This document shows, piece after piece, positions 1-9,588 of a stretch of DNA of 64,000 nt (positions within the stretch are counted from its first letter, which is position 1; every line of letters begins with the position of its first letter). Under the pieces are notes generated by a model. That model saw nothing but the letters and a program-made list of their open reading frames with translations. It ran no database searches and was not told the DNA's origin. Source of the DNA: Acidobacteriota bacterium. GTDB taxonomy: Bacteria; Acidobacteriota; UBA890; WLXD01. Both the position numbers and the translations under genes were made by a program. The stretch covers positions 5,088,001 through 5,152,000 of the forward strand of contig CBDFKD010000002.1 of the NCBI GenBank assembly GCA_965248695.1. Direction: 5' to 3'.

Positions 1-42
1 GGCGTCGAAGCTCAGGTCGTCGGCGGCAGCTTCGTCGGACAT
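1..42 (-). CDS. xseB: Exodeoxyribonuclease VII small subunit, N-terminal part (runs off window)
   Basis: ATG at 42-40 gives MSDEAAADDLSFDA, resembling the XseB 'lSFEeA' N-terminus; directly downstream of xseA. Confidence 0.75.
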   Translation of the reverse strand, partial: MSDEAAADDLSFDA

Positions 43-84
43 GATCAGGACACTAACATCGGCTCAGAACGCCAACAAACATCG

Positions 85-1475
<1,391 letters not shown>

Positions 1476-1479
<4 letters not shown>

Positions 1480-2270
1480 GACGAGCTTTGCAGTGGGGGA
1501 TCGATGATCTGCCGGATGCTGATGGCGCGGCCCGTTTCGGGATCGGCCTCCACCAGGGCGCCGGCGACGCAGCGGTTGCCGCTGGCCACCTGGAACCGAA
1601 CCGGCCGTGCGTGCAACAGCCTCTCGATCGCCAAATCCGGGCGCGTGCCGATCACCGAGTCATACGGCCCCGTCATGCCGACGTCGGTGCAGAAGGCGGT
1701 GCCGCCGGGAAGCACGCGGGCATCGGCAGTCGGCACGTGCGTGTGGGTGCCCAGCACAGCCGTGACGCGTCCATCGCAGTACCAGCCCATCGCCAGCTTC
1801 TCGGACGTCGCTTCAGCGTGCATGTCGAGCAAGATGACGCGGGCACGGTCGCCGATCTCCTCCAGGATCCGATCGATCGCCCGAAAGGGACAGTCGAGCG
1901 CCGGCATGAATACTCTGCCTTGAAGGTTGATCACGGCCACCTCGACTCCCCGGCGACTGCGCCCCAGAAGCACGCCGCTGCCAGCAGCGGGATCAGGGTA
2001 GTTGTCGGGGCGCAGCAGGCGCGTTTCGGTGCGGAGGTAGCTGTCGATCGAGCCCTGCGCCCAGATGTGATTGCCGCTCGTGATCGCATCGACACCGAGG
2101 CCGAGAATCTCGTCGGCCATCGCCGGCGTGATACCCCGACCACCGGCCGAGTTCTCACCGTTGACCACGGTGAAGTCCACGTCCCACTGGCGCTGCAACG
2201 GACCCAGTCGTTCGGCCAGCACCTGGCGTCCGGGCTTGCCGACCACGTCGCCCAGGAACAACAACTTCAA
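1476..2270 (-). CDS. ymdB: YmdB-family metallophosphoesterase
   Basis: GDVVG, NGEN, SGNH, DMHAEATSEK, GTHTHV, DVGMTG motifs; conserved position after rny. Confidence 0.95.
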
Positions 2271-3838
2271 TGGGCGACCTCTACGGCTCGGGTCTCGCGG
2301 ATCACGGTGATCTTGATCTCGCCGGGATATTGCACTTCACGCTGGATGCGGTTGGCGATGTCGCGCGACAGCCAGATCGATTCGATGTCGCTGACCTTGG
2401 CGGATTCGACAATGATCCGCAGCTCACGTCCGGCCTGGATAGCGTAAGACTTGGCGACGCCGCGGAACGAATCGGCGATCTGCTCCAGCTTCTGGAGCCG
2501 TTTCACGTAGGTCTCGAGCATGTCCCGGCGAGCACCGGGACGGGCTGCGGACAGCGCATCCGCCGCCTGCACGATAACCGCCTCCACGGTGGCCGGCTCG
2601 ACGTCGAAATGGTGCGCCTCCATGGCGTGCACCACCGCCTTGGATTCACCATGCTTGCGCAGCAGGCGAATGCCGATCTGCAGATGCGTGCCCTCGACCT
2701 CCTGATCCACCGCCTTGCCGATGTCGTGCAGCAGCCCGCCGCGCCGGGCGACGGCGTCGTCGGCGCCCAGCTCGGCGGCGATAATCCCGGCGATCGTCGC
2801 CACCTCGACCGAATGGCGGAGGACGTTCTGCCCATAGGAGGTGCGGAACTTCAGCATGCCGAGCAGGCGAAGCAGCTCAGGGGCAAGATCATGCATCCCG
2901 AGCTCGGCCGTCGCGGCCGTTCCGTCGGCGACGATCTGCTCCTCGATCTCGTCGCGGACACGCTGCACGACCTCCTCGATCCGCGCCGGGTGGATTCGTC
3001 CGTCGGACACTAGCCTCTCGAGCGCCAGCTTGGCGATCTCCCGACGGAACGGGTCGAAGCTCGAGATCAGCACGGCTTCCGGGGTGTCGTCGACGATCAG
3101 GTTGACGCCCGTCATCATCTCGAAGGCGCGGATGTTACGGCCCTCACGCCCGATGACGCGCCCCTTCATGTCGTCCGACGGCAAGGCCACTACCGAGACC
3201 GTGTTCTCGGCAACGTGGTTGCTGGCGCACCGCTGAATGGCGATCGCCAGGACACGGTGCGCTTCACGATTGGCGTTGGTAGTCGACTGATCGATAATCT
3301 GAGCCGCCTGGAGTGCGCCTTCTTCCTTTGCGTCGCGCGCCATCGCCCGCACCAGCTGCGCCTTGGCATCTTCGCGGTTGTAATGCGCCGCGCGCTCGAG
3401 CTGCGTGACCGCTTCATCGCGACGTTGAGCGGCTTCCTCTCGCAAAAGGTTGACGTCGCGCTCCATACCGCGGAGCCGATCCTCGTAGTTTTTCAGCTTG
3501 CGCTCGCGCTCATCGATTCGGTTGGCTCGGCGATCGAGCGATTCCTGGCGCTCGTGCAGGCGGGTCTCCGAATCGAGCATCTGCTGACGGCGCTCGCGCG
3601 ATTCGGATTCGAGCCCCTGGCGCTCGAGCTGGAGCTGCTCACGCCCTTCTACGCGGGCCTCCTTCAGTATGGTGGTGACCTGACGTTCAGCCTCCTCGAG
3701 GATGCGGGCGGCCCCGCTCTTGGCGTCGCTGAGATCCTCGGGGCTGGCGCGGCGTCGCAGCAGAAAGGACCAGATAACGAGAGTGGCAACCGCTAATCCG
3801 GCTGCGGTGCCTGCACCTGCGATGAATCCCTGCAGCAT
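2267..3838 (-). CDS. rny: Ribonuclease Y
   Basis: N-terminal TM helix, coiled coil, KH domain (MKGRVIGREGRNIR), HD domain (LLHDIGK). Confidence 0.97.
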   Translation of the reverse strand: MLQGFIAGAGTAAGLAVATLVIWSFLLRRRASPEDLSDAKSGAARILEEAERQVTTILKEARVEGREQLQLERQGLESESRERRQQMLDSETRLHERQESLDRRANRIDERERKLKNYEDRLRGMERDVNLLREEAAQRRDEAVTQLERAAHYNREDAKAQLVRAMARDAKEEGALQAAQIIDQSTTNANREAHRVLAIAIQRCASNHVAENTVSVVALPSDDMKGRVIGREGRNIRAFEMMTGVNLIVDDTPEAVLISSFDPFRREIAKLALERLVSDGRIHPARIEEVVQRVRDEIEEQIVADGTAATAELGMHDLAPELLRLLGMLKFRTSYGQNVLRHSVEVATIAGIIAAELGADDAVARRGGLLHDIGKAVDQEVEGTHLQIGIRLLRKHGESKAVVHAMEAHHFDVEPATVEAVIVQAADALSAARPGARRDMLETYVKRLQKLEQIADSFRGVAKSYAIQAGRELRIIVESAKVSDIESIWLSRDIANRIQREVQYPGEIKITVIRETRAVEVAH

Positions 3839-4035
3839 GTCACCCTCTTCGGACTCCAGAGGTGACAGCGCGAGCTCATAAGCGGACTACAGGCGTTCGG
3901 GGCCTCGTGACAGCCGTATCGGGCGAACAGGCGAAGGGCGCGCCGTATTGGTAAGCGGAGGTTAGCCAGCGAGCGTGTGGTGCGCTTGCGCTCCTCCACA
4001 TATGCAGTCGTTATGGCGGGTTACCGTTCGTAGCC

Positions 4036-4344
4036 TCATTCGTCGAGTGGTCGTCCGAGTTCTGCGTTCACCGGTTTGAGAGCCTCGCCTAGTTCAAGCG
4101 CCAGGTCTCGCGTCCGTTCACTAACCTCGTTCTCGTGTTTCTCTAGAGCTCTGCGGGTTCGGTAGTAGTCGTCAGCGATGTTCAGCGCCGCCATGACGGC
4201 CACGCCGATGGCATCGCCGGGTCCGAGCTGCTCTTCCATCTGCCGCATGCGGCCATCGACGTAGCGAGCCAGGACCCGAATCGTGTTCGGATCGTGTTCG
4301 CCTCTTATGTTATAGCTGCGCCCGAGAATATCAACGGTGGTCAT
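4036..4344 (-). CDS. zapA: Cell division protein ZapA
   Basis: VDILGRSYNIR...AVMAALNIADD motif; pheT-zapB-zapA-rny synteny. Confidence 0.92.
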   Translation of the reverse strand: MTTVDILGRSYNIRGEHDPNTIRVLARYVDGRMRQMEEQLGPGDAIGVAVMAALNIADDYYRTRRALEKHENEVSERTRDLALELGEALKPVNAELGRPLDE

Positions 4345-4657
4345 TTTGGTGTTCCTTCGGCTCGGCGCTGCCCAGATAGCCGAGTCGCGCCTGTAGGCTC
4401 AGAAGCCGAGATCTGATCGCTTCGCGCTCGCTTTCGAGCTGATGCAGCCGCTCGGCTGATTCCGCTGGCTGCGCCACGCCAACGTCTCCCGGTGGCTCTG
4501 CAGAAGCTCCGTCGCCTCTTGGGATCTGTCCCGCGAACCGTTTTTCGAGCTGCTCGATGCGGGCTTGGAGGGTCGATCGTTGTTCCCGCAGCGAGTGGAT
4601 CTCGGCCACGGCCGCGGCGATAGCTCGTTCGAGCGACGAGTAAGGATCCTCGGTCAT
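4331..4657 (-). CDS. Coiled-coil protein, ZapB-like
   Basis: Two heptad coiled-coil segments; located between pheT and zapA. Confidence 0.65.
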   Translation of the reverse strand: MTEDPYSSLERAIAAAVAEIHSLREQRSTLQARIEQLEKRFAGQIPRGDGASAEPPGDVGVAQPAESAERLHQLESEREAIRSRLLSLQARLGYLGSAEPKEHQNDHR

Positions 4658-4696
4658 TGAGAGCTCCGTGTGCGACGGCTTCTCGCCGGTAACGGA

Positions 4697-6742
4697 TCAG
4701 CGCCGCGCTGCCCCGACGGTCCGTTCGAGATGATCGACGAGGTGCTCATGGGCAGCCTCGATCTCTTCTGCGGTGAGAGTGCGGTCGTCGGCGCGGTAGG
4801 TCAACCGCAGCGTCGTCGCCAATCTCCCGGCCGGCACATCGTCGCCGCGGTAACGGTCCAGCAAGCGCAGCCCGACCAACGGAATCTCGATCAACGTGGC
4901 GACCTCGTCCGCGATCCGCCCGAAGGCCAGCTGGTCGTCGATGAGGATGGTGACGTCACGCTCGCTTGCCGGGTAGCGGGGCAGGGGATCGATCGAGAAT
5001 CCTGCCGCCTCGTGAGTCAACAGCGTCTCTATGTCGAGCTCGGCGACCCAAACGGCGCCGTCGACACCGAGCAACGTCGCAACCTCGGGGTCGACCTTGC
5101 CGGCTATTCCGCTGGCCAGGGCACCGACGCGTATGCGAGCCGCCGAGCCGGCTTGCAATCCCGGCACGTCGTCGGCAGACCATTCGATCGACGGCCATCG
5201 CATGCGGGTGCGCACGGTCTCCAACGCCCCCTTCAGCTCGCCGAAGCCGGTAGGCTGCTCCGAGGTCATGAAGTGGGCCTCGTCGGCGCTTCCGCTCGCC
5301 ACCAGGGCCAAGGCGCGGCGTTCGCGCGGCGGCGCGCCCTTGACGGCGTGGAACGTCCGGCCGACCTCGAACAGCCGGACGCGCCGGGCACCTCGGTTGC
5401 GGTTGCGCGCCACGGCGTCCAGCAGGCCGGGCAACATGCTTGTCCGCATGACGCCCATGGCTTCGGAGATCGGATTGGTGAGTGCCAGCGGTGTCTCGCG
5501 GTCGAGGAACGGCGCCTGGTCCGCGCCGCTGGTGAACACGAAGGTCATCGCCTCCCAGTAGCCGGCGGCAGCGCAAATGTCCTTGACGCGGCGCTCGTTG
5601 CGAAGCGCGTCGCTGGGACCGCGGCTGTCACGACGTCGTAACAGCGGCAGGGTGGCAGGGAGCTGATCGTAGCCGTGAAAGCGGGCAATCTCCTCGATCA
5701 GGTCCTCCTCGCGCGCGACGTCGACCCGGCGTGCGGGCACCACGATCTCGTAGCCATCATCGAGTGCGCTCACACCGAACCCCAGCGCGCCCAGAATGGC
5801 GCTCACGCGCTCTGCTGGTACCTCGACTCCGAGGTAGCCGCGAAGGCGTCGGGCACTGAGAACCAGGCGCCGATCTTCCGGGAGCGAGCCGACGACGTCG
5901 ATGCTGTCGGTGCTCACGGTGGCGCCGCCGAGCTCAGCGATCAGGTAACAGGCCCGGTTCACCGCTGCCGCAATTCCCTGGGGTGACATATCGCGCTCGA
6001 AACGGTGACTGGCGTCGGTGTGCAGACCCAGGCGCCTGGACATCCGGCGCACCGTGACGGGGTTGAAGTAGGCGCATTCAAGCAGTACCCGCTCGGTGGA
6101 TTCCGTGACCCCGGTATCGATGCCTCCCATGACCCCGGCGAGGCCCACCGCCCGGTTCGGGTCGGCGATCACGAGGTCTTCGGGCGTGAGCTTGCGCTCG
6201 ACTTCGTCGAGTGTGACGACGTGTTCGCCGTCGCGTGCCCAGCGAACGATGAGCTGGCCTTCGGTGAGCTTGTCGAGGTCGTAGGCGTGCATCGGACGTC
6301 CGAGCTCCCACATCACGAAGTTGGTCACGTCTACGACGTTGTTGATCGGTCGCAGGCCGATCGACTCCAATCGCTTGCACATCCACTCCGGGGAGGGGCC
6401 CACGTGGACGTCGAACATCGCCCGGGCGACGAAGCGCGGACACGCGATCTGGTCGTCCACTCGTACCCCGGCCGCGGAGGTGGTCGGTTCGCCCGCAGCA
6501 GCGAACTCGTCGGCCGGCTGTCGCAGATCGGTTCGCAGCGCGATCGCCAGCTCGCGCGCCAGGCCGAAGTGGTTGAGCACGTCGGGGCGGTTGCTCGGCA
6601 GATCCAGGTCCAGGCTCAGGTCGTCGCCTTCGGCGCGGGCATCATCCACCACGAGTCCGAGCATCGAGAGCCGCTCGGACAGAGCTGCGGTGGCCTCTGG
6701 AAGGTTCGCGTAGTCAGCGATCCAATTGCGGGAAAAGCGCAT
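4697..6742 (-). CDS. pheT: Phenylalanine-tRNA ligase beta subunit (short form lacking the B2 OB-fold)
   Basis: NRPD, INNVVDVTNFV, DASHRFER, EEDLIEEIARFHGY motifs and C-terminal DRTLT anticodon-binding domain. Confidence 0.97.
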   Translation of the reverse strand: MRFSRNWIADYANLPEATAALSERLSMLGLVVDDARAEGDDLSLDLDLPSNRPDVLNHFGLARELAIALRTDLRQPADEFAAAGEPTTSAAGVRVDDQIACPRFVARAMFDVHVGPSPEWMCKRLESIGLRPINNVVDVTNFVMWELGRPMHAYDLDKLTEGQLIVRWARDGEHVVTLDEVERKLTPEDLVIADPNRAVGLAGVMGGIDTGVTESTERVLLECAYFNPVTVRRMSRRLGLHTDASHRFERDMSPQGIAAAVNRACYLIAELGGATVSTDSIDVVGSLPEDRRLVLSARRLRGYLGVEVPAERVSAILGALGFGVSALDDGYEIVVPARRVDVAREEDLIEEIARFHGYDQLPATLPLLRRRDSRGPSDALRNERRVKDICAAAGYWEAMTFVFTSGADQAPFLDRETPLALTNPISEAMGVMRTSMLPGLLDAVARNRNRGARRVRLFEVGRTFHAVKGAPPRERRALALVASGSADEAHFMTSEQPTGFGELKGALETVRTRMRWPSIEWSADDVPGLQAGSAARIRVGALASGIAGKVDPEVATLLGVDGAVWVAELDIETLLTHEAAGFSIDPLPRYPASERDVTILIDDQLAFGRIADEVATLIEIPLVGLRLLDRYRGDDVPAGRLATTLRLTYRADDRTLTAEEIEAAHEHLVDHLERTVGAARR

Positions 6743-7307
6743 CTAGTGGCCTATAACAGATGATCATTGCCTATCGCAGATGGGATTTGCGCGTGAGATC
6801 AAGGCGCGGCGACGCAGTCGATGCTAGCAGGCCGAGGTGAAAGTGTGGTGGGTCTGGTTACGGCGAGTTGGGGCCAGATGCAAGGCGGCCTGACGCACAC
6901 GATGCCCTAGCCATCGTCGAGGAAGGCCAACGCCGCAGATGGCCCCAAATCGCTGTAACCCTTCGGGCGACTGGGGGTTGCGCGCGCAGGCTGCGTCGTT
7001 TGTCGTCAACGATGGGGTAACCATCGCCTCCTCCTCTCTCCTGGCCTGCGCCTCGCAAGACCCTGTCGCCAGACCCACCACACTTTCACCACGGCCTGCT
7101 CGGACATCATCGAGGAGCCGCAACGCCGATATCGCCCGCCATTGCCCATCTGTCCAGAGGCCAATCAGAACAACAGTGGCGAAATGGGGCCGTCTGCTCC
7201 GTTGCTCCTCTCTTGAACTTGGGCGAACATTGTCTCGTCGGATCGCCTGGCTTCCGGGCCCATTTCGTCACCACGATAGGCAACGATCATCTGTTACAGG
7301 CCACTAG
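6743..7307. mobile_element. Outer MITE-like element (~290 bp net) at the pheS stop/pheT start junction
   Basis: Left end CTAGTGGCCTATAACAGATGATCATTGCCTATCG (6743) and right end CGATAGGCAACGATCATCTGTTACAGGCCACTAG (to 7307) are 34-nt inverted repeats with 2 mismatches; CTAG at both ends; no transposase ORF. Confidence 0.88.
6824..7102. mobile_element. Inner MITE-like element (~279 bp) nested in the outer element
   Basis: TIRs CTAGCAGGCCGAGGTGAAAGTGTGGTGGGTCTGG and CCAGACCCACCACACTTTCACCACGGCCTGCT(CG); closely similar inverted copy at 42691-42970. Confidence 0.9.
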
Positions 7308-8377
7308 GAAGCGAACTGGCGCAGGAAGCGCAGATCGTTCTCGTAGTAGTAGCGGATGTCCTCGACGCCGTACCGTACGGCTGCTATGCGGTCGATACCG
7401 AAGCCGAACGCGAAGCCCTGGTATCGCCCGGGCTCATACCCGACGTTTTCGAACAGGACGGGGTGGACCATTCCGGAGCCGAGCAACTCCACCCAGCCGG
7501 AGCCCTTGCAGACCCGACAGCCCGCGCCGCTACACGCCGGACAGGTGGCATCGAGCTCGGCGGAGGGTTCCGTGAAGGGGAAGTACCCCGGCCGGAACCG
7601 GGTCGCTGTCCGCGGACCGAAGAGCGCCTTGGCGAAGGTGTCGAGCGTGCCCTTCAAGTCGGCCAGCGTGATATCGGTGTCGACAACCAGACCTTCGAGC
7701 TGAACGAACATCGGTGTGTGCGTAGCGTCTGGCGTGTCGCGGCGGAAGACCCGTCCCGGAACGATAATGGCGAACGGGGGCTCGTGGGTTTCCATGTACC
7801 GGATCTGGACCGGCGACGTATGGGTGCGCAGCAGCAAGTCGCCGTCCAGGTGAAGCGTGTCCTGTGCGTCTCGCGCCGGATGGTCGGGCGGGAAGTTCAG
7901 CGCTCCGAAGTTGTACCAGTCCGTCTCGATCTCGGGCCCGTCGACCACGTCGTAGCCCATGGCCACGAAGATGCTCTCGATCTCCGCCAACGTGCGTGTG
8001 ATCGGGTGTAGTCCACCGAGCCCGTCGGGTACCGGTGGCTGGGTGACGTCGATCGCTTCGCTACGGGCGCGCTCGGCCGACGCGGCCCGCCGAAGCCGCT
8101 GCTCGAGCTCCTCCAGGGAAGCACCGATTGCCTGCCGCGCACGATTGGCCGCGGCACCAACCTGCCGCTTGGTGTCGGCATCGAGATCCCGCATGCCCTG
8201 AAAGACGGCCGTGAGGCGGCCGCGCTTGCGGCCCAGATAGCGCGCCTGAATCTCTTCTAGCGCGTCGAGCTCCTGTACCTCGGCGCACTCGCGACGGAAC
8301 TCGTCGACGATCGTCTCAACGAGTGCCAGCGGGTCGATGGCGTCGCCCTCGTCGTCGTCCAGCGGGGCGGCCGCCAT
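7304..8377 (-). CDS. pheS: Phenylalanine-tRNA ligase alpha subunit
   Basis: HPARDAQDT, LRTHTSPVQ, YFPFTEPS, GFAFGFGIDR motifs; CPAC..GCRVC insert. Confidence 0.98.
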   Translation of the reverse strand: MAAAPLDDDEGDAIDPLALVETIVDEFRRECAEVQELDALEEIQARYLGRKRGRLTAVFQGMRDLDADTKRQVGAAANRARQAIGASLEELEQRLRRAASAERARSEAIDVTQPPVPDGLGGLHPITRTLAEIESIFVAMGYDVVDGPEIETDWYNFGALNFPPDHPARDAQDTLHLDGDLLLRTHTSPVQIRYMETHEPPFAIIVPGRVFRRDTPDATHTPMFVQLEGLVVDTDITLADLKGTLDTFAKALFGPRTATRFRPGYFPFTEPSAELDATCPACSGAGCRVCKGSGWVELLGSGMVHPVLFENVGYEPGRYQGFAFGFGIDRIAAVRYGVEDIRYYYENDLRFLRQFAS

Positions 8378-8384
8378 ATCGGGC

Positions 8385-8738
8385 TCAGCTGAGAGCGTTC
8401 TTTGCGGTGGCGGCGAGAGCCTCGAAGGCGCGCGGATCCTCGACAGCCAGCTGGGCCAGCACCTTACGATCCAGGCCGACGCCGGCGATCGTCAGGCCGT
8501 TGATGAACTGGCTGTACGACATACCGTGCTCTCTGCTCGCGGCGTTGATGCGCGTGATCCACAGGCGGCGGTAGTCGCGCTTCTTGCGCTTGCGACCGTG
8601 GAAAGCGAACTGCAGGGCCCGGTCGACGGCCTCACGCGCCTCACTGTAGAGGCGACTTTTGGCGCCGAAATAGCCCTTGGCCTGCTTGAGAACGCGGCGG
8701 CGCCGCTTCGTATGCACATTGCCGCGCTTGACGCGCAT
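8385..8738 (-). CDS. rplT: 50S ribosomal protein L20
   Basis: MRVKRG...AKGYFG...RRLWITRINAA. Confidence 0.98.
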   Translation of the reverse strand: MRVKRGNVHTKRRRRVLKQAKGYFGAKSRLYSEAREAVDRALQFAFHGRKRKKRDYRRLWITRINAASREHGMSYSQFINGLTIAGVGLDRKVLAQLAVEDPRAFEALAATAKNALS

Positions 8739-8762
8739 GATGATTCCTCCGTCGCCGGCCGG

Positions 8763-8957
8763 CTAGCCGTTGAGCAGCCGATCGACGCGCTTGTAGTCGG
8801 CGCTGGTCAGCGTAGTCGGTTTGCCGAGCCGCCGCTTTCGCTTGCGTGCCTTCTTGGTCAGAATATGGGCCTTGTAGGCCTTGCGGCGCATCAGCTTCCC
8901 GGTGCCTGTGCGCTTGAAACGCTTGGCTGCGCCGCGATGTGTCTTCAACTTGGGCAT
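8763..8957 (-). CDS. rpmI: 50S ribosomal protein L35
   Basis: [21 protein letters not shown]. Confidence 0.98.
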   Translation of the reverse strand: MPKLKTHRGAAKRFKRTGTGKLMRRKAYKAHILTKKARKRKRRLGKPTTLTSADYKRVDRLLNG

Positions 8958-9010
8958 GTCGTTCCTCGTTCGCCTCGGATACGCGTCACGTCCCGCTGCA
9001 CGGACCGATC

Positions 9011-9520
9011 TCAGTCGCGCTTGGGCGTCAGGATCATGATCATCTGACGTCCCATCATGCTGGGCATGCTTTCGACCCTGTAGCTACCTTCATCGAGGTC
9101 ATCTTGGACGCGTTCCAGAATCCGACGTCCGAGCTCGGGATGAACCACCTCGCGGCCGCGGAACATGATCGTTGCCTTGATCATGTGGCCTTCGCCGAGA
9201 AACCGCTTGATGTGGTTAAGCTTGAAAGCGTAGTCGTGCTCGTCGATCTTGGGACGAAATTTTACTTCCTTGAGCTGTGGTTGATGTGCCTTTTGCTTGC
9301 GATCCTTCGCCAGCCGGTAGACGTACTTGCCGTAGTCCATCAACCGGCACACGGGCGGTTGCGCCATCGGCGCCACCTCGACCAGATCCAGACCCGCCTC
9401 GCGAGCGAGATCCATAGCCTCCTCGGTGGGGACGATGCCGGCCTGTTCACCTTCTCCGTCGATGAGACGAACCTGCGGGACGCGAATGCTCTCGTTTATA
9501 CGATGGCGCTTGTCGCTAAT
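9011..9520 (-). CDS. infC: Translation initiation factor IF-3 (ATT start)
   Basis: Frame extends 35 codons upstream of the listed ORF to ATT at 9520-9518 ([21 protein letters not shown]), with GAGG upstream; [30 protein letters not shown] motifs. Confidence 0.95.
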   Translation of the reverse strand: MSDKRHRINESIRVPQVRLIDGEGEQAGIVPTEEAMDLAREAGLDLVEVAPMAQPPVCRLMDYGKYVYRLAKDRKQKAHQPQLKEVKFRPKIDEHDYAFKLNHIKRFLGEGHMIKATIMFRGREVVHPELGRRILERVQDDLDEGSYRVESMPSMMGRQMIMILTPKRD

Positions 9521-9588
9521 TGCTTGGGTTCCTCGTATGGAAGTCGCGATTCACCGACCAGCGTGGCCGATGCTCCGTAAAGAATGCC

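Noticed and set aside
6824-7307. ORFs 6824-7123, 6858-7058, 6939-7307 (and 42712-42984)
   Set aside because: They lie inside the non-coding MITEs; frames differ between copies and show no transposase motifs
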